Positions 28,661-37,015 of a DNA stretch of 64,000 nucleotides are shown here, piece after piece (position 1 is the first letter of the stretch; the number at the start of each line of letters is the position of its first letter). The position numbers and the translations under genes are program-made. Source of the DNA: an uncultured Actinomycetes bacterium (GTDB lineage: Bacteria > Actinomycetota > UBA4738 > HRBIN12). The notes below the pieces were generated by a model that did not search any database, was not told the DNA's origin, and worked only from the letters and a program-made list of their open reading frames with translations. The stretch is taken from NCBI GenBank assembly GCA_963704725.1, contig OY969934.1, forward strand, positions 832,001 through 896,000. The letters run 5' to 3'.

Positions 28661-29729
28661 CCATGAAGGCGTTGCTCGACTTCGCAAGGGACAGGACACG
28701 AGGCCACGCGCTGTCGATCTGTTTGCGGGAGCCGGGGGCATGGGGCTGGGATTCCGGCAAGCTGGCTACCGTATCGTGGCAGCCGTTGAGCAGGATCGCC
28801 ACGCTGCCCAGACTTATCGAGCGAACAATCCAGGAGTGCCGGTGATTGAAGCAGATGTGACGAGACTCAGCGGTAGGGATCTCAGCAAGTACGTGCCGGG
28901 GCGAGGCGGTCTGGAGGTTCTCCTTGCCGGGCCACCTTGCCAGGGATACTCAGCCGCGGGAGCGCGTCAGCCGGAGGACCCACGCAATCAGATGTTCCGC
29001 CATGTCAGTAGGCTCGCGAGCGAACTCAGGGCGAGGGTCGTAATCTTCGAGAACGTCCCCGGTCTGCGGCGGGTCAATGGCACGGGGTTCCTGCCCAGCA
29101 TCCTTAGTTCCCTGCGAGCCCGGCGGTACCGTGCCAGAGCGCATCTGGTGACGGCGTCGGACTTCGGCGTGCCGCAGAACAGGAGGCGCTACTTCATACT
29201 TGCGCGGCAGGCCGATGCTGGCGGTCCTCTCCCGCCACCGCCAGCAACACACCGTCTTCCAGGCGGCATGGGATCTGAAGGCCTACCTGTAACGCCCACC
29301 GTGCTTGAGACTCTCCGTAGTCTTCCCGCATTCGGACCCGGCGAGCAGGCCGAGTGGCGAACGCTCCCGGACGGATCCGAGCTCCTGAACGCGTCGACCA
29401 TGGATCATTCGGATGCGGTGATAGCGAAGATCAGGAGGATCAAACCGGGCGGCGGTCCGATCTCGTACCGCCGGCTTGAAGGCGATCTAGCGCGAACTCT
29501 GGTCGCGGGGCACCGTGCCTTGCCGGTCCATCCGACGGTCGATAGGACAATGTCCGTCCGCGAGGCCGCCCGGCTCCAGGGGTTCCCCGACAACTACGTG
29601 TTCTGCGGGCCGAGAGCGGATCAACCGCTGCAGGTCGCCAACGCCGTGCCGCCTCCAGTCGCGCGAGCGCTAGGTCAGCACCTTCTCCCTCATGTGGCGG
29701 CTCGGAAGGCTCTCGCTTCGCGATCGTGA
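28650..29729 (+). CDS. DNA (cytosine-5)-methyltransferase domain
   Basis: Motif I DLFAGAGG, IV GPPCQGYS, VI FENVPGL, VIII QNRRRYF, IX REAARLQGFPD, X QVANAVPP. Confidence 0.95.
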   Translation: MSFCHEGVARLRKGQDTRPRAVDLFAGAGGMGLGFRQAGYRIVAAVEQDRHAAQTYRANNPGVPVIEADVTRLSGRDLSKYVPGRGGLEVLLAGPPCQGYSAAGARQPEDPRNQMFRHVSRLASELRARVVIFENVPGLRRVNGTGFLPSILSSLRARRYRARAHLVTASDFGVPQNRRRYFILARQADAGGPLPPPPATHRLPGGMGSEGLPVTPTVLETLRSLPAFGPGEQAEWRTLPDGSELLNASTMDHSDAVIAKIRRIKPGGGPISYRRLEGDLARTLVAGHRALPVHPTVDRTMSVREAARLQGFPDNYVFCGPRADQPLQVANAVPPPVARALGQHLLPHVAARKALASRS

Positions 29730-30036
29730 ACGGCGCTCGAGTCTGACTGAGAGTTCCTTGTTGTACCTATCATGCTTGCCATTGCCCGCTCCGCCACGAA
29801 TCCACGAGCATCGAGCGTCAGCCGCCGTGTCCCCCCTCCCGGCGGTGGCGTCGTGTCGGGTGGGTCTCCAGCTCGAGGAACGTACGCCCTCTTGACGGTC
29901 ATGACATCCTGATCAGATGGCGATCGTCCGCGTGCGCGCGCGCCGCTTGATTGGCTCGGCCCTCGATCACTCAGTGCCGTGTCTCATTCCTCTCGCTACA
30001 ACAGATCCGATCCGCACGGACAGCTGCGCAGTGCCT

Positions 30037-31305
30037 TGGGACTGCCCCAGAGTTTGGTTGACTCCTGAGCTGGGAGGATGACCCTCCCGGGAAGGAGACT
30101 CCACATGCCCCAGGTGTACCCCCTGGAGTTCCGCTGGGACGTCGTCGCCGTGGCCAGGCGCAGAGAAGCCCCGCTCACCCAGATCGCCAAGGACTTCGGC
30201 GTCTCCCCGACGTGTCTGCACCGCTGGTTGAAGCGGGCAGAGATCGAAGACGGCGTCCGTGACGGCCTGCATGCTCGCCGAGGAGGCCGAGATCCGTGGG
30301 CTTCCGCAAGCGCAACCGGCTGCTCGAGCAGGAGAACGAGGTCCTTCGCCGGGCCGCCATCTACCTGGGCCAGGGTGTCCTCCCAAAATGATGTACCCGC
30401 TGGTCCGCGAGCTGGCCGTCGACGGCATCCCCGTCACGGTGACCTGCCGGGTGCTCGGGTTCTCCACCCAGGCCTAGCTACAAGTGGCGCTCGAACCCGG
30501 TCTCGGATCGGGGACTGGTCCGACGCCCACCTCGTCGACGCCGCCCTGCGGACGTCCACGCCGACGACCCCGCCTTCGGCTACCGGTTCATCGCCGACGA
30601 GCTGGCCGCGGAGCACGGGATCACCGCGAGCGAGAACCGGGTGCACCGTCTGTGCAGCGCACACGGCATCTTCTCCGCGCTCGCCCACAAGGCCGGCCGG
30701 CGCCCCAGGCCCGGAGAAGCGGTGGCGGACGACCTGGTCCGCCGGGTCTTCGCCGCCGACGTTCCCAACGCCCTCTGGTACACCGACATCACGGAGCACC
30801 GCACGGACGAGGGCAAGCTCTACCTGTGCTGCGCTGAAGGACGCCTGCTCGGGTCGCATCGTGGGCTACTCGATGGACCTCGAGGATGAAGGCCTCCCTC
30901 GCGGTGGCGGCCGTCCGCAACGCCATCGAGCTTCGCCGGGCCCGTGCTTATACTGTGCTGCACTCCGACAGGGGCAGCCAATTCCGCTCCAAGAAGTTCG
31001 TCCGGCTGCTCCGCAACCACGGCCTCCTCGGGTCGATGGGCCGCACCGGCACCTGCGCCGACAACGCCGCCATGGAGTCGTTCTTCGCCCTGCTGCAGCA
31101 CAACGGGCTGGACCGGGGGCGCTGGCAGACCAGGGAGGAGCTCCGCCTGGCGATCGTCACCTGGATCGAACGCACCACCACCGCCGGCGCCGTCAGCGGG
31201 CCCTCGGTAAGCTCACCCCGATCGAGTTCGAGGCCGTGCACGAGGTCGCTTAAGCGGCCTGAAAGCCGTCAACCCCGCGAGTCAACCAAACCTGGGGCAG
31301 ACCCA
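30037..31305 (+). mobile_element. Degenerate IS3-family insertion sequence (multiple frameshifts)
   Basis: IRL TGGGACTGCCCCAGAGTTTGGTTGACTC matches the reverse complement of the right end, TGGGTCTGCCCCAGGTTTGGTTGACTC. OrfA MPQVYPLEFR...IAKDFGVS, OrfB WYTDITEH, HSDRGSQF, DNAAMESFF. Confidence 0.9.
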
Positions 31306-31375
31306 CCCGAGGTTGACCGGATGTCGGCGGACTCCAACCAGGAGGGGGAAGTGGGAAGTGATGGGCACGGTGAGG

Positions 31376-32092
31376 CTACCCAGCGCATAGCAGATCGGCA
31401 GTCGCATGAACTAGGTCGGCGATCAAGGCCATGGCTGTGTCGCATTGCTTGACCACATTCGCGGGTGCCCGATGGTTGCGTTGGACGCTCGGGGAGGACG
31501 GGTTGGCGTAGTCCAGCTGATGCGCGATGTCGTTGCGGGCCTTGAAGAAGCCGTCGAGCGCGGAGAACCGCCTAGACGGGAGCCTTAGGTTCGTGATGCC
31601 GAGCACATCCCTTACCCGTTCCTTGAGGTCACTGCTGCCCTGGAAGCTCGCTTTGGTCATGGCGCCCATATAGCGCTCGATGAGCTGGGACCTCGGATCT
31701 GCGGCGGCGATCGCATCGAGCAGTCCATCGGGTGGCTTTGGCTCGTAGAGTTGGCTCTTCAGGTACTCGCGGAATCGGACTTCTGCGGTACCTCCGCGAT
31801 GCAACAGTACTGGTAGGGCGTCGCGGATCAGCTGTTGACAGCACGCGTCGATTCCACTGGACGTGAAGACCAGGGCGGCACGAAGCAGGTTCACCTGATC
31901 CCGGCTCAACCGGCCCTTTGTACTGCCCTTCGCTTGGCTGGCAACCTCTCGGATGCGCGAGAAGCTGTCGAGCAGGCCGGTGACGCTCTCGTGGGTGGCC
32001 TTGAGGTATCGCCACGTCCGCCGGACCTGAGGGCATCGTCCGGTTGGGGCGCTGGGGAGCGAGGCAAGCGAGAAGGACTTGAGGCCTGGCAC
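31376..32092 (-). CDS. HEPN-domain protein (putative RNase)
   Basis: LLRAALVFTSSGIDA N-terminal helix and FKARNDIAHQ (R-x4-H). Confidence 0.7.
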   Translation of the reverse strand: MPGLKSFSLASLPSAPTGRCPQVRRTWRYLKATHESVTGLLDSFSRIREVASQAKGSTKGRLSRDQVNLLRAALVFTSSGIDACCQQLIRDALPVLLHRGGTAEVRFREYLKSQLYEPKPPDGLLDAIAAADPRSQLIERYMGAMTKASFQGSSDLKERVRDVLGITNLRLPSRRFSALDGFFKARNDIAHQLDYANPSSPSVQRNHRAPANVVKQCDTAMALIADLVHATADLLCAG

Positions 32093-32250
32093 GAACCCCT
32101 CCCGGGATGAGCGGTTGCGCTAATCCGGGAATCTGACTTCAGAGAAGCGGAGTGTCAACGTCGCCCGGTGTCGTGGTGCCAGGGCCCGCTCGCTGAGCCG
32201 AACTCGCGACACTGGCAGCAAGCTCGGGGCGTTCGGCCCTTCCCGGGGGA

Positions 32251-32702
32251 CTAGCCTCGGATCGGCGTCGGGCCGGGGGCACGAACGCCCGCGAGAGCGG
32301 GTGCGCGTCTTCGGTGCTGAGGTCCGAGACGCGGAACTCCTCCTGCGGGGGAAGTCGCCGAAGATCGGTGACCTCCCAGTAGATCGCCCAGGGGTCCTCG
32401 CCCGCGGTCGATGGCGGGCGAAGGCGTTGGTCGGCACGCCGCATCGCTTCGTGCGTCACGTAGCGCGTGTAGCGACCGTGCCAGCGTACGAGCGATTCTC
32501 CGACCGGCCGCTCGTCATCGAGCGACTCGTACAGGTAGACCGGCGCACCGGCAACGACGCCTCGCTCCCAGAACAGGTCCACTCGCTGCGTCCAGAACAG
32601 CACGGTCGTCATGTGGTTCTCCGACGCGCTGTCGAGATGCACCTTGGCACTGGGGCGAACAGGGCGGTGGCGAGTGGCTTCTGCTTCATGGATGTCCCTC
32701 AC
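32251..32702 (-). CDS. Hypothetical protein, probably frameshifted near 32645 and 32275
   Basis: GTG overlaps the RNase H stop. Trp-rich core VYLYES...VRWHGRY...LRPPST...WAIYWEVTDL. Alternative frames give ALFAPVP at the N-terminus and FVPxGPTPIRG-stop at the C-terminus. Confidence 0.5.
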
Positions 32703-33160
32703 GCCGGGTTGCTGCCAAAGGGCCGGCTTGTGCGCCGTCGTCCCTTCAGATAGGCGTCGGCAGCGCGCTGGTCAGCCTCGATGTTCATCTCTCGTGGCAC
32801 ATAGCTGATCCTGATGCGATCTCCGAACTCCTGGATCAGCTTGCCGGCGTCCCGGTGAAGCTGTTCGTACTTCTTGCGCTTCGGCTTCTCCTTGGTGATC
32901 TCGGTGACCAGGGTTGCCCTGTCCGAGTACACATGGAGCTCCGCCGGATCATGAGATCGGGCCATCTTGAGCCCCGCGATGAGGGCCCGGTACTCCGCCC
33001 TATGGATGTCCTCCTCGTCGATCGTTCTCGAGATGTAGTCCACGACGACCAGAGACCCGCGAACGTGCTGCCGGAGTACCGCGCCGATCGCGGCCACCCC
33101 CGACGGGTTGTTCCGAGAGGGCTTGCTCGCGTCCGTGTTCAGGTACATCCAAGCAGACAT
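32699..33160 (-). CDS. Ribonuclease HI family protein
   Basis: LNTDAS...NPSGVAAIG, AEYRALIAGL, VYSD, VPREMNIEAD (DEDD). Confidence 0.88.
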   Translation of the reverse strand: MSAWMYLNTDASKPSRNNPSGVAAIGAVLRQHVRGSLVVVDYISRTIDEEDIHRAEYRALIAGLKMARSHDPAELHVYSDRATLVTEITKEKPKRKKYEQLHRDAGKLIQEFGDRIRISYVPREMNIEADQRAADAYLKGRRRTSRPFGSNPA

Positions 33161-33560
33161 CGGTTCCCCTCCCTGCCGAGCGACAGCTCGCGGCCTCATC
33201 GATGGGCACATTTGGGCGGATGGTAGCTGCATCGCATGCCGTGGGTTCTCTTCACGGCGTCCCAAGGTCCAGGGAGCGGGGGCAGAAGCCGATACCGAGA
33301 GCAGGATTGTGAGGGAGGCACAGGTGACCCGGCGCGCGAAGCCAAGAAGTGGTCGGCGGGTGCGAAGACGTTCGAGAAGAACAAGCAGCGGGTTCTGGCC
33401 GGAGGGACTTTCGCGTCGCAGAAGTCCTCCGATTGGCGCAGGAAGTCAAAGCACCGCTGATGTGGTATCCGGATCAGTCCGAGGCAGCGCTGGACGGACG
33501 ACGCGGTCGGGTTCTCCGGGAAGCGGCGTGGGCTGCCCCGTCCCGGGAATCGACTAAAGG

Positions 33561-34376
33561 ATGCGCATGGAAGTCATCGTGTGGAACATGCAGCACAACG
33601 AGGGCAACTGGGGGCCGCCGCGTCGCGGCGGCGAGCTCGCGGCGGATCTCCACCTGTTGTGCGAAGCACCGAAGCCGCCTCGAGACATCGTAGCGATAGG
33701 CCAGCGGCGAACGGTCGGCCTCGCAGGCGACCTCCCGCTCGATAGGCCCGTCATCCGTGAGTGGTCCACGGCGGTGGCCGCTGACTCAGGCCCGACCTTC
33801 ATCACCGACGCACGTCGCGCGCGCGAGTACAGGGATCGCCCACCTCTGCCGTTCAAGCCGTCTCGGCCGGGCACCTGGACCGCCGCACGCGTGAAGCTCG
33901 GTCGACTCACAGTCACCGCGGTCGCGCTGTACGGGCTCCTTGATGAGATGTCGGACGATCCATGTACCGTCCCTCTTCGGAGCTCGCCCCGATCTTCGAC
34001 CACCGGGTCTACAGCAAGTATGTGCTGCTGGGCGGCGACTTCAACATCTTCGCGAACCCCCGTCCGGTCGATCGCGCTCGCGAGCGGCATCGATCGGTGC
34101 TCATGCGCCTCGAGGCGTACGGTCTGACGAACTGCCTGGACGGATTCCTACGGCCGACGCGGGATGCCCGTGAGGATCCCTGCCCTTGCGGCGCGAAGCA
34201 CTGCCGTCAACATTGGAGGACGTTCAGGAAGAAGTCCATCCACTCGCGGGCGTGCCTACCAAGAGGACTACCTCTTCATCTCCAGGGCGATGGCCGATTT
34301 CCCCCGGGAGTGCAGCGTGCTCGCGTTCCAGCGGACGAGCGACCACGCTCCCGTACGGGCGATGTTCGATGTCTAG
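33561..34376 (+). pseudogene. Endonuclease/exonuclease/phosphatase (EEP, ExoIII/AP-endonuclease fold), frameshifted near 33960 and 34245
   Basis: VIVWNM, LLCE, LLGGDFN, DYLF, SDHAPV across three frames. Confidence 0.8.
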
Positions 34377-34438
34377 CGGCAAGGAGGACTCGCGCGGGCG
34401 GCGCGGATCACCGAGCGCTCGGGCGGGATAGGAAGCGG

Positions 34439-35138
34439 ATGAGAGAGTTCGACGGAGCCCGCGAGTTGCCCGAGGATTGGGCTGCCGCGCTCGGCGAGGA
34501 GTTCGAGAAGCAGTACTGGAGGAACCTTCGGGACTTCGTATTCGGTGAGCGGAGGAGCTACGCCGTGTACCCGCCTGCTCGAGACGTTCGCGGCGTTCCA
34601 CTTGACGCGGCTGGCCGACACGAAAGTGGTGGTCTTGGGGCAGGATCCGTACCACGGTGCCGGCCAGGCGCACGGGTTGGCTTTCTCCGTGCCGTGCGGC
34701 ATCCCGGTGCCACCATCGCTCGGGAACATCCACCGCGAGCTGCACGACGACCTCTGTGTGCTGATCCCCGAGCACGGGAACCTCGAGCCCTGGGCGCACC
34801 AGGGGGTGCTTCTGCTCAACACCGTGCTGACGGTGCGGGCCGGCTCGCCCGGCTCACATCGGGGCGGCGGCTGGGAGACCTTCACCGATGAGGTGATCAA
34901 GATCGTCGACTCGAAGGCCGAGCCTGTCGTCTTCATTCTCTGGGGCAAGGTGGCTCAGCGGAAGAGGAAGCTCATCACGCGGACCCCGCCCGAGAGGATC
35001 ATCGGATCGCCACACCCTTCGCCCCGGTCGGCTCTGAAGGGGTTCTTCAGAGCAGGCCGTTCAGCCGGGGCGAACTGCGCGCTCGTCTCGGCGGAACGCG
35101 AGGGGGTCGACTGGAGGCTGAGTGATGGGTGTCGATGA
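34439..35138 (+). pseudogene. ung: Uracil-DNA glycosylase family 1, indels near 34578 and 35050
   Basis: LPEDWAAAL..EFEKQY...VYPP, then VVLGQDPYHG..QAHGLAFSV, PPSL.NI, QGVLLLN, FILWG, HPSP.SA. Confidence 0.9.
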
Positions 35139-35228
35139 GGGCGAAGGACGCGGATCGTCCTCGCGGTGGGACGGTCCCGACGGAGCGGTCCCATGAGTGA
35201 CGACGGGGACGAAGGGTCGACAACGTAG

Positions 35229-35915
35229 ATGAAAGGCGGCCCGCCAGCAGCCCTTTGGTGTTCCGAGCCGCACCACTCGCTAGACTCAGCGCAGAGGAGC
35301 AGCCCAGTGGTCGACTCGGAAGCCAGGTCGTTGCGCGCAAAAAGCCGTCGCCCAGAACTCGTCGCCCTCGGAGCCTATCGACTTGGCCGGACCGGAACGA
35401 TTACTCGGCTACGGGGACAGACCGCCAAGAAGGTCAACGACCTGTGGGGGGCTGCAACCGAGTACGCCGTGACGGCCGAGGACGGAACGGACCTGCTCCT
35501 GCAAGACATCCGGTGGGACAACGGCCAGCGTGACGTCAGGGCCGTAGAGCGGCACGATACGCCGTCACCGTATGACACGGTCGTGGGTCGCCTTCGAATC
35601 AGCGTGGATCCCATCGAGGATGATCTCTTCATGGAGCTCCGACAGGCGCGTATCAAGGCAGGTGGCCGAGCTCAACCTGCACCGGCGACTCTTGAAGAAC
35701 TGGATGAGGGTGCCGGCGTATCGGTCCGATCGGCCCTCAGGGAGCTGGGCGGGCGCGTCGGCACCAAGGAAGTCCTCCTCGGCCGAAGAGACCAGACCCG
35801 CGACCGCTTGTGCTGCCGCTTCTCCGAGGCTTCGGTGCTGGTGCCGCCTGCGGTGTTCGTCCTCACGAGGATCGCCCCGGTAGGTCGCGGGTATCGGTGG
35901 CGATACTCCGACTAG
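35229..35915 (+). CDS. Hypothetical protein
   Basis: 228-aa open frame downstream of ung. Start uncertain; no recognised motif. Confidence 0.5.
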   Translation: MKGGPPAALWCSEPHHSLDSAQRSSPVVDSEARSLRAKSRRPELVALGAYRLGRTGTITRLRGQTAKKVNDLWGAATEYAVTAEDGTDLLLQDIRWDNGQRDVRAVERHDTPSPYDTVVGRLRISVDPIEDDLFMELRQARIKAGGRAQPAPATLEELDEGAGVSVRSALRELGGRVGTKEVLLGRRDQTRDRLCCRFSEASVLVPPAVFVLTRIAPVGRGYRWRYSD

Positions 35916-35928
35916 TTCAGCCGGACTG

Positions 35929-35994
35929 ATCCGTTCCGGATTCGACCGAATCCGTTCCGAGAACCCCCAGAACGGCGCTGACCTGGCAGGTCAG
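35929..35994. repeat. Direct and inverted repeat cluster at the putative island end
   Basis: ATCCGTTCCG at 35929 and 35950. Palindrome CTGACCTG-G-CAGGTCAG at 35978-35994. Confidence 0.7.
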
Positions 35995-36337
35995 AGGTTT
36001 CCTGCCAGCCCCACCTGGCACGAGGGCGAGGGCGAGGACTGGCAGCCTGACTGGAAGGATATCGGGACCAGATCGTTCCCGAGCGTTGGCGAGGACAATG
36101 ATCATCCAGGATCTCGAGGCCCGTTTCTACGTCTGCGGACCGTCGATGGTCGGGTACGGGGTGCGCAGGACGAGCTGGTCGTGAAGGATTACACGCTGGG
36201 AGCGATCGTCATGTGGGCCGATCTCCTCGCGCACTCCGATGTCCAGGTCCCGTCGAGGGCTAGTTCGAAAAGCCGTAGCGGTTGGGGGCGTCCGTTCACG
36301 GCGCTTCGCGGCGCAATCGGTCGGGATGGCGGCGCGT

Positions 36338-37015
36338 TCAGTGGCCGATGTCGCGACCGCCCGCCTCGACGAGCCCGCTCTCGTAGGCGAAGACCACGAC
36401 CTGGGCACGGTCGCGCAAGCCGAGCTTGGCGAGGATGCTCGACACGTGCGACTTCACCGTGGCGGCTCCGATGAAGAGCTCCTTGGAGATCTCGGCGTTG
36501 CTGGCCCCGCGCGCGATCGCGGCCACCACCTCGCGCTCACGGTCGGTGAGGCGTTCCAGGCGATCCGACGCCGCGGTGTCGACCGCGAGCCGCTCGGCGA
36601 ACTTCCCGATCAGGCGTCTCGTGATCGATGGAGCGAGCAACGCTCCACCGTCGGCCACGGTGCGCACGGCGGCGACGAGCTCGTGGGGGGCGATGTCCTT
36701 GAGCACGAAGCCGCTGGCCCCGGCGCGCAATGCCCGGTAGACGTACTCATCGGGATCGAACGTCGTCAGGATGAGCACCCGCACGTCCCAGTCGGCGTCC
36801 GCGAGGATCCTCGAGGTTGCCTCCAGGCCGTCCATGTCCGGCATCCGGATGTCCATGAGGATCACGTCCGGGCGATGCGCACGTGCAACCTCGATCGCCT
36901 CGAGCCCGGTCCCGGCCTCGGCCACGACGTCGATGTCCTCCTCGTGACCGAGGACCATGGCGAACCCGCCCCGCACCAAGGCCTGATCGTCGACGACGGC
37001 GACGCGGATGCTCAT
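36338..37015 (-). CDS. NarL/LuxR-family response regulator
   Basis: VVDDQ, DVILMDIRMP, LTTFD, GFVLKD, LTDRERE...TVKSHV. Confidence 0.95.
   Translation of the reverse strand: MSIRVAVVDDQALVRGGFAMVLGHEEDIDVVAEAGTGLEAIEVARAHRPDVILMDIRMPDMDGLEATSRILADADWDVRVLILTTFDPDEYVYRALRAGASGFVLKDIAPHELVAAVRTVADGGALLAPSITRRLIGKFAERLAVDTAASDRLERLTDREREVVAAIARGASNAEISKELFIGAATVKSHVSSILAKLGLRDRAQVVVFAYESGLVEAGGRDIGH

Larger units (their letters stand above)
12593..36030. mobile_element. Putative tRNA-associated genomic (defence) island
   Basis: Mobility genes next to the tRNA, defence/DNA-processing cargo, visibly more A/T-ending codons at 17.4-30 kb, and short repeat clusters at both ends. Right boundary is tentative. 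Confidence 0.6.

Noticed and set aside
29864-29902. MTVKRAYVPRAGD (minus strand) resembles the start of MazF/PemK toxins
   Set aside because: Similarity stops after 13 codons and no antitoxin is visible; too short to support.
32699-33160. RNase H as a sign of a retron or other reverse-transcriptase system
   Set aside because: No reverse transcriptase motifs (YADD-like) found in any frame nearby.
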